Source of the DNA: Smithellaceae bacterium
GTDB lineage: Bacteria; Desulfobacterota; Syntrophia; Syntrophales; Smithellaceae
DNA length: 64,000 nt
Reading direction: 5' to 3'
Assembly: GCA_963667845.2 (NCBI GenBank)
Contig: CAXXVL010000002.1
Span: 3,232,001 to 3,296,000, forward strand
The notes under the pieces are model-generated. The model had not been told where the DNA came from and ran no database searches. It saw nothing but the letters and a program-made list of their open reading frames with translations. The translations under genes were made by a program, and so were the position numbers. Shown here piece after piece: positions 1 through 9,636 of this stretch (positions are counted from its first letter, which is position 1; every line of letters begins with the position of its first letter).

Positions 1-955
1 GTATTGTGTTGTCGTTCCAATGGATGCCGTCTTCATCTTTTATAGATTTCTCAGCATCGGCAGAAATATCGGTGAGTATTTTCTGAAGACGTTCGTTATC
101 AACTTCTTGCTTAGGCAGAATTTCTGCAAGAGATTCGTTGAGAGCTTCCACCATGCTGCTGATACCGGTCTTGATCCCCCGCGTCATGACGAGATTATTC
201 CTGCTGAAAATGTCGATGCGCGAAAAATCGTTGCCGATGAATAAACTGGCATATGTCGTCTCTGTCACGTCAATCCATTTTGTCCGGAAAATATTTTGAA
301 AGGCAAAAGGAGCAATCGTAATACCAGAGAGATTGATTCCCATTGATAAAAACATATCTCTTATCTTTTCTACTTCGGATCTGGAAGCGCTATAGACCAT
401 CACTGAATACTTGGGAATACCCTGATCCGTAATTTCGCCCTGCATTTCATAGTCAAAAATCATGCTTTTTTCATCTATCGGATTTTCCTTCCCGGCCGTC
501 CAATAGATAACATTTTCCAATTCTTTCTTAGGAACAATTGGAATTTTCAAATAATGAACTTTTACATCCGTAGCGCTCATTAGTGCCCAGATTTCGCAGT
601 CGCCCGGAAGACCAACAAAAGCATTCAGCGTTTCTTTTAACAGATCATTAAATTCTTGAGATCCTTTTGAGATATGATCTGGAAATTTCAATATCTTCTG
701 ATCAATCAGCAGCAATCTGCCGTCAGAAGTTTTAGCCATTTTGACAAAGTTTGCATCATCCCGGCTTATATGGATGCCAACTTTGATATGGTATTTATTT
801 GCAATTTGGGGAAAGTTAATAGATAATTTTTTCGAATTCTTCTGTTTCGGAGATTGATCTTCTGCTAAGTCCGCTTTTTCTACCGAAGGCTGATGTGAAC
901 CGCGAATAACGTTTAGCAATCTTTCAGTCGAATTAATGTCTTTAGTAAGTGCCAA
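1..955 (-). CDS. Type IV pilus/T2SS assembly PilM-like (actin-like ATPase fold) protein, runs off the left edge
   Basis: Not in the ORF track because it has no stop in the window. Manual translation from TTG at 955 (GGAG 7 nt upstream) gives LALTKDINSTERLL...LKIPIVPKKELENVIYW...IFDYEMQG...SLFIGNDFSRIDIF...VMTRGIKTG, a PilM-like motif order. Confidence 0.7.
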   Translation of the reverse strand, partial: MALTKDINSTERLLNVIRGSHQPSVEKADLAEDQSPKQKNSKKLSINFPQIANKYHIKVGIHISRDDANFVKMAKTSDGRLLLIDQKILKFPDHISKGSQEFNDLLKETLNAFVGLPGDCEIWALMSATDVKVHYLKIPIVPKKELENVIYWTAGKENPIDEKSMIFDYEMQGEITDQGIPKYSVMVYSASRSEVEKIRDMFLSMGINLSGITIAPFAFQNIFRTKWIDVTETTYASLFIGNDFSRIDIFSRNNLVMTRGIKTGISSMVEALNESLAEILPKQEVDNERLQKILTDISADAEKSIKDEDGIHWNDNTI

Positions 956-1081
956 CAATTATCTCCAGTAAAAAAGCATGTTTTTCAACTATTTTTATCC
1001 GCCACACAACTTGGAAATATGATCTCCAATTCTTGTAGCTTTTTCTTTTTGAAATGAAGATACTTTATTGAATGCTGTCAT

Positions 1082-1097
1082 TGTGATGATTATCACA
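1082..1097. promoter_or_regulatory. CRP/Fnr-family binding site TGTGA-N6-TCACA
   Basis: TGTGAtgattaTCACA is a perfect match to the CRP core consensus, about 125 bp upstream of the pilM-like start. Confidence 0.65.
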
Positions 1098-1448
1098 GTT
1101 ATTTAAACATTTCAAATTATTTCAGCAATCTTGCCTGTCAGGTCGAATTTTCAGACTTCCAACTTCTTCACAGGGACCTGTAACGCTACTTCAAGTTCTG
1201 ACAAAGTGCTACGTGCCGCATCGGTCAACATGTACCAAGTCTAAATTGAGTCTTTGCGTCTATAACAACCAGTTCCCACTCGTATAAGGCAGCATTCTGT
1301 CATTGCTATCTCAGGGAAAAATCTTTTCAATGACCTCAAGAATTTCGTGGTCACTTCGTTCCTTCGAAAACACCTCTCTTTTCTTTCACGTAAACACAGC
1401 CGTAATAGACAGGAATGAAATCGCGCTTGTGACTCCTATTTCCATAAT

Positions 1449-1465
1449 AGCCATATTCATGCCAA
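1449..1465 (-). promoter_or_regulatory. Putative sigma54 (-24/-12) promoter
   Basis: Minus strand TTGGCATGAATATGGCT has GG-N10-GC spacing and points toward the pilM-like gene. Confidence 0.5.
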
Positions 1466-1568
1466 TAATGATATAAGACATTATGTATTAATTATGTACT
1501 ATGATTTCTAGTAGTTAGCTGTGATAAAATCGAGAGACAAATAACTGTTTTGTGCGAGGAAAAAGGAT

Positions 1569-1609
1569 TTGTACTGAAAAACCAAACGATGAACGGTTTT
1601 TCAGTACAA
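1569..1609. repeat. Perfect 15-bp inverted repeat, candidate activator binding site
   Basis: TTGTACTGAAAAACC-N11-GGTTTTTCAGTACAA in the divergent intergenic region. Confidence 0.7.
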
Positions 1610-1742
1610 CATTGCTATTAAAATAATATCTAAAGTAAATCTATATAAATGAATTCTCTTAATTATTACTTGAAGACCAGAATAGATTTTGCTAAGACAG
1701 CACAACTTGTAAATAAATTTAAAATTCAGGGTAAGAAGATTC

Positions 1743-3038
1743 ATGATATTCAGAGTTACCTATGTCGTCATTCTTGCAATTTCTTTTTTTGCGTTTTTTC
1801 CCCCGTCCAGCGTGCAGTCCAGCAATAGTCAATACTTTGAGAAAATACCGGACTCCATTGTGTCCATCTCATCGGGCTACGTGATCGCCATAGATAAAAA
1901 AATTCAAAAGCTTTATGTTTTCCAAAAGAATGGTGGCTTCGTAAAAATTTTCGAGGCCAATTGTTCCACTGGCAAGAATCAAGGCAGCAAGCAAATCTCC
2001 GGCGATGCTAAAACTCCGCATGGGATTTTTTTCGCCACAAAAACACTATATAACCCCGGCCCCCCCGAAACGTACGGGACACTGGCATTTCCGCTGGACT
2101 ATCCGACGATTTCAGATAGGAAGGCAGGGCGAAACGGAACAAACATATGGATTCACGGCACTGTAAAACCTCTTACGCCCTTTCAGTCCAGTGGCTGCGT
2201 CGTCCTCGCAGATAAGGATATCCATGAGCTTCTTAAATATATTCAGATCAACAAAACTCCTATTATTATCGCTGAAACAATTACATGGGTTCCACAAAAC
2301 AAGACATCACCTCTGAAACCGGAGCTGGAAAGGATCCTCTCTTTATGGATGAAATCCTATCTGGCAGGAGATCTCAAAACAATTGATGCCTTGTATCTGG
2401 ATAACACGCGCATTAAGGGGAAAAAACGAGAAGCACTCGCAACCAAGATGTCCTCGCTTAAAAACGCAAATCAGCACTTTTCATTAGATCCCAGAGATGT
2501 TTCAATTTTGCAGCTGAATCAGAATGCTGTGATACTCTTTGATCAAATTACCGGCATCAACAAAGATAATTCTTTTGAAGGATCCTTCAACAAACTTTCT
2601 TTAGAAAGAATCAATAATAAATGGTTAATCATCGATGACGTAGACACATTGGCAGCTGCACCAAAGTCCGGCAAACCTGCTGTGTCCGAACCTGACATGG
2701 CATCATCCAAGGAGGCTGTCCAAAATTTGATCTCGAAATGGACGGACAGCTGGAAGTCAGGCAATATGATAGTCTATCGATCCTGCTATGCGTCAGACTT
2801 TCGCTCTCAAGGCATGAATTTAAAGGAATGGGTCAATCATAAGATTGAAGTTCGCAACCACAGCAAGAATATTAATATTCGCATCGACAATCTGGAGATA
2901 ACCGAAAGCAATAATCGGTCGATTGCGACATTCACGCAATATTACAGTTCCAATTTGCTGAAAAGCAAGGGCCATAAGAAATTGGATTTGAGAAAGATTA
3001 ACGGTAATTGGAAGATTTACCAGGAAACGATGCAGTAG
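1743..3038 (+). CDS. Exported L,D-transpeptidase/carboxypeptidase (YkuD) with two C-terminal NTF2-like domains (Csd6-like)
   Basis: Signal peptide; GDAKTPHG; IWIHGT...SSGCV catalytic His/Cys; two domains ending NKWLII and GNWKIYQE. Confidence 0.85.
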   Translation: MIFRVTYVVILAISFFAFFPPSSVQSSNSQYFEKIPDSIVSISSGYVIAIDKKIQKLYVFQKNGGFVKIFEANCSTGKNQGSKQISGDAKTPHGIFFATKTLYNPGPPETYGTLAFPLDYPTISDRKAGRNGTNIWIHGTVKPLTPFQSSGCVVLADKDIHELLKYIQINKTPIIIAETITWVPQNKTSPLKPELERILSLWMKSYLAGDLKTIDALYLDNTRIKGKKREALATKMSSLKNANQHFSLDPRDVSILQLNQNAVILFDQITGINKDNSFEGSFNKLSLERINNKWLIIDDVDTLAAAPKSGKPAVSEPDMASSKEAVQNLISKWTDSWKSGNMIVYRSCYASDFRSQGMNLKEWVNHKIEVRNHSKNINIRIDNLEITESNNRSIATFTQYYSSNLLKSKGHKKLDLRKINGNWKIYQETMQ

Positions 3039-3691
3039 CGACTATAGATATTCGCACAAAATCTTATCGGGGTCTGGCGGCCAAGTCCAGGATCAAATCT
3101 CTGATACCATTATGAAACAGAATTCGCATGGTCGACTGCAAACGAAACTTGCAAATGGAAAATTATCATATTGCGGTCCGATCAAAACAGCCCTCGTGCA
3201 TAACCAGTTGAAAAATCGATCAAGCCCGGCTCTCCAGAGGCGGTATCCATTCTTTCACGACTTTTCTAACCGGCAAATATAATTTTTTTCGGCGCAGCAT
3301 CATTGAAAAGAAATCAACCGGTTTTCTTATTTGCCGCATCCTCCTGAAACATCCGTCATAAATAGTTTCCCAACTGCGTTCGGGACATTCTTGAAATAGT
3401 GAGTGAAAGACATCAAACGTTATCTGCCGTCTTAGTATGTCTCGAATCGGATATTGATACGCCTCACATTTGAAAAGGCTCTGTATCAGGATAGTGATGA
3501 TACTAAATCAATTGAATCGTTCTTTACTTGGGAGGAATCGCAGCGGGGCGGACGAACACTACTGAAAAATTCTAAGATGAATCAATTGGACTGATCAAAA
3601 AAAGATCTTCGGGCGTACAACTGTAATTTTTACTGCGCCATCTTGAATAAAAAAAGGAGTCTCTTTCATAAAGCAAACTCCTGGATTAAAG

Positions 3692-3767
3692 TGGAGGCGG
3701 CATCCGGATTTGAACCGGAGAATAACGGTTTTGCAGACCGCTGCCTTAGCCACTTGGCTATGCCGCC
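3692..3767 (-). tRNA. tRNA-Cys (GCA)
   Basis: GGCGGCATAGCCAAGTGG...CTGCAAA...GGTTCAAATCC...CCA cloverleaf. Confidence 0.97.
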
Positions 3768-3777
3768 GCAAAAAAAA

Positions 3778-3852
3778 TGGAGCGGGCGAACGGATTTGAA
3801 CCGTCGACGTCTACCTTGGCAAGGTAGCACTCTACCACTGAGTTACGCCCGC
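3778..3852 (-). tRNA. tRNA-Gly (GCC)
   Basis: GCGGGCGTAACTCAGTGGTAGAG...TTGCCAA...GGTTCAAATCC...CCA. Confidence 0.97.
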
Positions 3853-3871
3853 TCACTTGAGAACGCGGGTG

Positions 3872-3899
3872 AATATAACAAATAGGCTCATCTTGTCAA
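3872..3899 (-). promoter_or_regulatory. sigma70 promoter for the tRNA pair
   Basis: TTGACA-16-TATATT with an extended -10 TG, just upstream of tRNA-Gly. Confidence 0.6.
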
Positions 3900-3972
3900 T
3901 AAAAAAATGACTAAATATTGGCGAATCTTTTTTTGATATGTATAGCGTACGAAATTCTAAAGTAATGAGATC

Positions 3973-4533
3973 TCAAACCTTGCCGGCTCCCTGGTAAAAT
4001 TTAACAAAATAATCCAAGCCCGAATAGATCGTTAATAAGAAAGCTACATAAAGAATGACAGTACCCACAAAATGTGCGTCTAAGCCCAGAAAAGGATAAT
4101 GAATCATGAGAGCGGTCACGGCAAAGATTTGCGCAAGTGTCTTCTGTTTCCCGATAATGCTCGCTTGAATGTATATCCCCTCCGAAGAAGCAATACTGCG
4201 GATACCGTCTACGATCAAATCCCGCATAATAATAATCACGACAATCCAGGCATCTATTCGACCAATGGGTATCATCAGGATCATCGCCGTATTGACGATC
4301 AATTTATCGGCCAGCGGATCCAGAAACTTACCCATTGTCGTGATCATATTGCATTTGCGTGCAAAATAACCATCCAGAAAATCCGTAATGGCCGCCAGCA
4401 CAAATAAGACGGCAAGTACCCTAGACCAGAAGGGACCGGGCGATGCCAGCAGGAAAAACAGAAAAGGCACCACGCTGATTCGTGCCAGTGTTATCGTGTT
4501 GGGAAGGTTAAATATCTCACGTTTATTGTTCAT
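3973..4533 (-). CDS. pgsA: CDP-diacylglycerol--glycerol-3-phosphate 3-phosphatidyltransferase
   Basis: NLPNTITLAR, TDFLDGYFAR...GKFLDPLADK motif; pgsA-tRNA-Gly-tRNA-Cys synteny. Confidence 0.95.
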   Translation of the reverse strand: MNNKREIFNLPNTITLARISVVPFLFFLLASPGPFWSRVLAVLFVLAAITDFLDGYFARKCNMITTMGKFLDPLADKLIVNTAMILMIPIGRIDAWIVVIIIMRDLIVDGIRSIASSEGIYIQASIIGKQKTLAQIFAVTALMIHYPFLGLDAHFVGTVILYVAFLLTIYSGLDYFVKFYQGAGKV

Positions 4534-4579
4534 GTGTAAACGGCCGGTCCTTCACGGTAAATGCGTCCTTATGACACCT

Positions 4580-5227
4580 TCACTTTTTGGGAACTTTCTT
4601 CCAGTCTTCAAGAAACGAAGCAATGCCCTTGTCGGTGAGGGGATGATGAGCCAACTGTGCAATGACTTTAAAGGGAATCGTTGCGATATCGGCGCCCATT
4701 AAGGCTGCGTCCAGGACATGCTTGGGATGTCGGATGCTCGCGACAATCACTTCCGTTTCATATTCATAGTTATCATAAATATCGAGAATTTGCCGAGTCA
4801 GTTCCATGCCGTCATGAGAGATATCATCCAGCCGCCCGACAAATGGACTGACATAGGCTGCACCGGCTTTTGCTGCCATCAGAGCCTGGAGTGGTGAAAA
4901 TATCAGTGTCTGATTGACGTCAATTCCCTCCTCGGCAAACATTTTCGTCGCCTTGAGGCCTTCCGTGGTCATCGGGATTTTGATCACAACCTGCTCTCCC
5001 AGGCGCGCCAGTTTTTTGCCTTCAGAAAACATGCCTTTCGCCTCCAGACTGAGAACTTCCAGACTGACCGGTCCTTCGACAATTTCCAGAATTTCCTTGA
5101 CGACCGAATCAAAATCTCTTTTTTCCTTGGCGATAAGAGAAGGATTCGTCGTAACACCATCCACCATCCCCAGAGCAAGCCCTTCCTTGATTTCTCCAAT
5201 ATTAGCGGTATCGATGAAAAATTTCAT
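4580..5227 (-). CDS. tal: Transaldolase / fructose-6-phosphate aldolase family
   Basis: [31 protein letters not shown]. Confidence 0.92.
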   Translation of the reverse strand: MKFFIDTANIGEIKEGLALGMVDGVTTNPSLIAKEKRDFDSVVKEILEIVEGPVSLEVLSLEAKGMFSEGKKLARLGEQVVIKIPMTTEGLKATKMFAEEGIDVNQTLIFSPLQALMAAKAGAAYVSPFVGRLDDISHDGMELTRQILDIYDNYEYETEVIVASIRHPKHVLDAALMGADIATIPFKVIAQLAHHPLTDKGIASFLEDWKKVPKK

Positions 5228-5245
5228 AATTCCCCCTTACTTCTA

Positions 5246-5509
5246 TTATTTTCTTCCCGACAGGTATTTTTCACAGCATTCCCGGCTGCAAAAATACTGC
5301 TGACGATCCTCTATTTCTTCAATATACGCCTGACTCTTGGGAATGTAAGTTCCGCAAAGCGGATCCTGTACCAGATCTTCTCCTTTGAGCGGTGCGGAAT
5401 CTACCCGATAGCCTCTCGCATCCCGAGATTTAACCCGCCGAAGTGACGTCACCACCTTATACCCCACATAGATCAGGATGAGAAGAATTAAAACTTTAGC
5501 AATGCTCAT
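5246..5509 (-). CDS. Small membrane-anchored YHS/TRASH-type metal-binding protein
   Basis: N-terminal TM helix; QDPLCGTYIP...YFCSRECC. Confidence 0.8.
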   Translation of the reverse strand: MSIAKVLILLILIYVGYKVVTSLRRVKSRDARGYRVDSAPLKGEDLVQDPLCGTYIPKSQAYIEEIEDRQQYFCSRECCEKYLSGRK

Positions 5510-5526
5510 AATGGCCTTTGTTTCTC

Positions 5527-6057
5527 TTATCTGTCAAAAATTTCGACAATCTTTTGATCATTCAGTCGATCTTTCAATCCCCGCATCGAAACACCGAATG
5601 CCGGATGAATGACGTATGAAGCGATTTCGCATAACGGTTCCAGCACAAAAAGCCGTTTATGCATCTCAGGATGAGGAACCGTCAAATCATCCTCACCAAT
5701 GATCTCCTGTCCGTATAGAAGAATATCCAGATCAATGGTCCGCGGAGCACCGGCAAAAGATCGCACTCTTCCCATTTTGCTTTCGATGTCCTGCAAAGCC
5801 CGCAATAAATCGCGGGGAGAAAAAGTCGTCCGGACTTCCGCCACCGCATTGATGAACCAGTGCTGATTTTCGAGTATTAGGCGATCCCCCCCGAAACACA
5901 AATCAGATACGACAGGTTCCGTTTTATAAAAAGAGGAGATCCTTTCCACGCTGATTCCGGCAAGGCCCGTTAGTCTGCTGATCGAGTCCTTGCACTGCAG
6001 CAAAGGATCGCCGAGATTGGAACCGATGCCGATGTAGGCCAAAATACCTTCCAGCAT
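5527..6057 (-). CDS. folK: 2-amino-4-hydroxy-6-hydroxymethyldihydropteridine diphosphokinase
   Basis: IGIGSNLGD, PRTIDLDIL, VPHP...RLFVLEPL. Confidence 0.95.
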   Translation of the reverse strand: MLEGILAYIGIGSNLGDPLLQCKDSISRLTGLAGISVERISSFYKTEPVVSDLCFGGDRLILENQHWFINAVAEVRTTFSPRDLLRALQDIESKMGRVRSFAGAPRTIDLDILLYGQEIIGEDDLTVPHPEMHKRLFVLEPLCEIASYVIHPAFGVSMRGLKDRLNDQKIVEIFDR

Positions 6058-6066
6058 AACTCCAGC

Positions 6067-6879
6067 TTATTTGACGCTCTTCAGCCCCAAAACATCCTGC
6101 ATATCGTACAACCCGTTTTTCTGGTTCACGATCCACTGCGCAGCACGGATCGCACCCTTGGCAAAATTATCACGGCTTTGCGCACGATGCGTAAATTCCA
6201 GTCTTTCCCCGATTCCGCCGAACATCACCGTATGTTCGCCGACGATGTCGCCGGCCCGAATCGTTTGAATGCCGATTTCCCTCTTGGTCCGTTCCCCGAT
6301 CAAACCCCGGCGGGTATAGACTGCTTCTTTCTTGATGTCCCGACCCAGTTTGTCGGCAATCACCTGAGCCATCTGCATCGCCGTACCACTAGGCGCGTCC
6401 TTCTTCAAATGATGGTGAGCTTCGATGATTTCGACATCGTAATCGTCGTTGAGGATGCCGGCACAGTATTCCAATACCTTTAACATCACGTTCACGCCGA
6501 CACTCATATTCGGGGAGAGTACGCAGCGGGTTTTTTCCGCAAGCCGGCTCACGAGTTTCATTTCGTCTGCCGAAAATCCTGTAGACCCGATGACAATGCT
6601 GCAATTCTTCTCACTGGCGATATTCAAATAATTCAGAGAGGCTTCATGATTGGTAAAGTCTACGACCACATCCGCTTGATCAATGCAATCAGCCAACTTA
6701 TCGCTGACCAGCGCGCCGGTCCTTCCAAGCCCCAGCGAATGGCCGACATCCCTGCCGATGATTGGATGGCCCATCACTTCAATGGCTCCGACGACCTTGA
6801 TGTCCTCCATTCCTGCGATCAGGCTGATAATCCGCCCTCCCATCTTTCCGCCCGCTCCAGTGACGATAGCCTTTACCAT
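6067..6879 (-). CDS. dapB: 4-hydroxy-tetrahydrodipicolinate reductase
   Basis: GAGGKMG, EAHHHLKKDAPSGTA. Confidence 0.97.
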   Translation of the reverse strand: MVKAIVTGAGGKMGGRIISLIAGMEDIKVVGAIEVMGHPIIGRDVGHSLGLGRTGALVSDKLADCIDQADVVVDFTNHEASLNYLNIASEKNCSIVIGSTGFSADEMKLVSRLAEKTRCVLSPNMSVGVNVMLKVLEYCAGILNDDYDVEIIEAHHHLKKDAPSGTAMQMAQVIADKLGRDIKKEAVYTRRGLIGERTKREIGIQTIRAGDIVGEHTVMFGGIGERLEFTHRAQSRDNFAKGAIRAAQWIVNQKNGLYDMQDVLGLKSVK

Positions 6880-6916
6880 AGCATCTACTCCTTAGATTAT
6901 AAGTATTTTAGCCTGA

Positions 6917-7792
6917 TCACGAGATCAAGCCGTAATTTTCCATAACCTTTTTGAGTTTATCATAATTTCCTGCGGCCATTTTGCAAAGAGGCAACCGGTA
7001 TTCATATTCGATTTTCCCCATCATCGCCAGAGCCGCTTTGACGGGGATCGGATTCGTTTCGACAAAAAGAACATCAAATAAAGGACTCATTTTTTGATGT
7101 AACGCCCGACCCTCGGCCAGTCGTTCCTCGTCCAGGGCATCAACCAGGCGACTCATATCCCCCGGAACGATATTTGATGCAACGGAAATGATGCCCTTTC
7201 CGCCCATCGCCATGAGGGGAAGCGTTAATCCGTCATCCCCGGACAATACATCGAATTCCGGTCCGCATAAATCAAGCACGTCGTTCATCTGTTTGATCGA
7301 TCCGGAAGCCTCCTTGACGCCGACAATATTACTTATTTTAGCAAGGCGGGCAATCAGCTCCGGTGACATGTTCACGCCGGTTCGGCCGGGAATATTATAC
7401 GGAATAATCGGGATAGGCACATTTTGCGCGATGAGCTGAAAATGCTGAAAGAGGCCTTCCTGAGTCGGCTTGTTATAATAAGGGCAGGCAATCAGCGCGC
7501 CATCCGCACCCGCTTCATAAGCATGTTTCGTCAAACGCAGTGCTTCTGCCGTACTGTTTGATCCTGTTCCGGCGATGACCGGCACCCTCTTTTTTGCCGC
7601 ATCAATCGTGATTTCAATCACCCGGTCATGTTCGTCATGGGTCAATGTGGGAGATTCACCCGTTGTTCCGCAAGGCACCAGACCGTCGATGCCGCCCGCG
7701 ATTTGAAACTCAATGAGTTCTCTCAGAGCTTTTTCATCCACCTGACTATTGCTAAACGGCGTTACGAGAGCGGTAATGGCTCCTTTAAACAT
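6917..7792 (-). CDS. dapA: 4-hydroxy-tetrahydrodipicolinate synthase
   Basis: GTTGES, YNIPGRTG, GVKEASG. Confidence 0.97.
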   Translation of the reverse strand: MFKGAITALVTPFSNSQVDEKALRELIEFQIAGGIDGLVPCGTTGESPTLTHDEHDRVIEITIDAAKKRVPVIAGTGSNSTAEALRLTKHAYEAGADGALIACPYYNKPTQEGLFQHFQLIAQNVPIPIIPYNIPGRTGVNMSPELIARLAKISNIVGVKEASGSIKQMNDVLDLCGPEFDVLSGDDGLTLPLMAMGGKGIISVASNIVPGDMSRLVDALDEERLAEGRALHQKMSPLFDVLFVETNPIPVKAALAMMGKIEYEYRLPLCKMAAGNYDKLKKVMENYGLIS

Positions 7793-7810
7793 ACAAATGC
7801 CTCCTGGTTT

Positions 7811-8254
7811 TTATTTAAAATCTATTTCCACAATTTGCGACTCGCTGCACACACCCGACACATCGCATATACCCAACCGATAGCTATACGTTTTGCCTTT
7901 GTCCACTTGTGGATCGGTAAACTCGTACTTATGTTTGCCATTGCCCGCATTCATCACCGGAACCTGCCCGATTTTTTCAAAGCTGCGCGGACAATCCTTG
8001 CAGACATTTCCCCTGCTGCCCAGTTCACTTTTTTCAATATTAAAATAACTGATTCTTGGGTCAATATTTTGCAGCTGCCACGCCAGCACTATAGCCTTTC
8101 CCTCTGCGGCTAAGATCAATTGCGGATCGTATTTTGTTTTCACGACCTCCGATGCCGACGGAACGGGATTAGCCTTCAGGCCACAACCGACCGCAAGGAG
8201 GAGAATGAGAACCAGGCAAAATATCCCCTTATTTCTTACCGAGCCTTTTTTCAA
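7811..8254 (-). CDS. Lipoprotein with fibronectin-III-like domain
   Basis: Likely TTG start at 8254; lipobox AVGC followed by GLKANP; CKDCP; FTDPQV...YSYRL FN3 pattern. Confidence 0.75.
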   Translation of the reverse strand: MKKGSVRNKGIFCLVLILLLAVGCGLKANPVPSASEVVKTKYDPQLILAAEGKAIVLAWQLQNIDPRISYFNIEKSELGSRGNVCKDCPRSFEKIGQVPVMNAGNGKHKYEFTDPQVDKGKTYSYRLGICDVSGVCSESQIVEIDFK

Positions 8255-9617
8255 ATTCTTGAATCCTTTCTTTGACTGCCCTCGTGGCCGTGCCGCCTCG
8301 ATGATTACGGGCATTAACGGAGTTTTCCAGATTTAGCCGGGAAGTAATATCCGATTTAAAACCGGCGTAAAATCTCTGAAAATCATTCAAGTCGAGTTCG
8401 GCAAATGTCTTTTTACTTTTCAGGCAATGCGCAACGATGTGGCCGACAACTTCATGGGCCTGCCGGAAAGGCAAGCCTTTCTCAACCAGATACTCCGCAA
8501 TATCTGTTGCCGTAGAAAAACCCCCGCCTGCCGCGTTGTACATCCGTGCCGCATTAAATTTCGTATGGGACAACATCTCCATAAAAATCGCGAGACAGTC
8601 CTTCACCGTATCCACCGCGTCGAAAAGAGGCTCCTTGTCCTCCTGCAAATCACGATTATAGGTCATCGGCAATCCTTTGAGCAATGTCAGAATGGCGAAC
8701 AAATCGCCGTAAACGCGAGCCGCCTTGCCTCGAATCAGTTCCGCGATGTCGGGATTCTTTTTCTGCGGCATGATACTGCTCCCGGTTGTGTAGGCATCCG
8801 AAATTTCCGCAAAACCAAATTCGTCGGATGACCATAGAACCAGGTCTTCACAAAAACGGCTCAGGTGCATCATCGTCAATGCCGCAGAAAAAATAAATTC
8901 GGCAATGTAGTCGCGATCCGCTACCGTGTCCATGCTGTTGGCGCTGATGCCCGGAAAATGCAACAGTTCGGCGGTTCGCTGCCGGTTGATCGGCAATCCC
9001 GTGCCGGCCAGTGCTGCGGCTCCCAGAGGCAAAACGTCAAGTCTCCTTTTGCAGTCAGCAAGCCTTTGCTCATCGCGCGAAAACATTTCCGCAAAAGCCA
9101 TAAGATAATGAGACAGCAAAACCGGCTGTGCTTTTTGCATGTGCGTATAGCCCGGCATGATCGTGGAAATTTCCCTGCCGGCCGACTGTGCCAATAGCCT
9201 TTGCAGACTTTTCAGCAACCGGATAATCCCGTCAACTTCCGCGCGCAGGAACAGGCGAACGTCCAGGGCAATCTGATCGTTGCGGCTCCGGGCCGTGTGG
9301 AGTTTACCCCCGACGTCTCCCACGCGCCGGATTAACTCTTTTTCAATCGCCATGTGAATGTCTTCATCCGCCGGATCGAACACAAAGACACCCTTTTCGA
9401 TATCGACAAGGATACTCTTCAATCCCCGGATGATCGCGGCCGCTTCTTTGCGTAAAATAATCCTCGATTCGGCCAACATCGTCGCGTGGGCGATAGAACC
9501 TTCAATATCATACCGATACAGCCGGGAATCGTAATGCAGAGAACAGGTAAATTTCTCCACACTCTTGGCTGTGGCTTCCCCAAACCGCCCCGCCCATGGT
9601 TTCGGTGTGTTCGCCAT
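8229..9617 (-). CDS. argH: Argininosuccinate lyase
   Basis: WAGRF, LHTARSRNDQ, GSSIMPQKKNPD. Confidence 0.97.
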   Translation of the reverse strand: MANTPKPWAGRFGEATAKSVEKFTCSLHYDSRLYRYDIEGSIAHATMLAESRIILRKEAAAIIRGLKSILVDIEKGVFVFDPADEDIHMAIEKELIRRVGDVGGKLHTARSRNDQIALDVRLFLRAEVDGIIRLLKSLQRLLAQSAGREISTIMPGYTHMQKAQPVLLSHYLMAFAEMFSRDEQRLADCKRRLDVLPLGAAALAGTGLPINRQRTAELLHFPGISANSMDTVADRDYIAEFIFSAALTMMHLSRFCEDLVLWSSDEFGFAEISDAYTTGSSIMPQKKNPDIAELIRGKAARVYGDLFAILTLLKGLPMTYNRDLQEDKEPLFDAVDTVKDCLAIFMEMLSHTKFNAARMYNAAGGGFSTATDIAEYLVEKGLPFRQAHEVVGHIVAHCLKSKKTFAELDLNDFQRFYAGFKSDITSRLNLENSVNARNHRGGTATRAVKERIQEFEKRLGKK

Positions 9618-9636
9618 GCGTGCTCTCTCCGTAAGG

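Noticed and set aside
1252..1260. GACGCAAAG on the minus strand suggesting a c-di-GMP-I riboswitch
   Set aside because: No upstream GGCAAAC/GAAA-tetraloop stem or second hairpin could be built
3112..3282. 56-codon ORF in the gap before the tRNAs
   Set aside because: No RBS and no protein-like features
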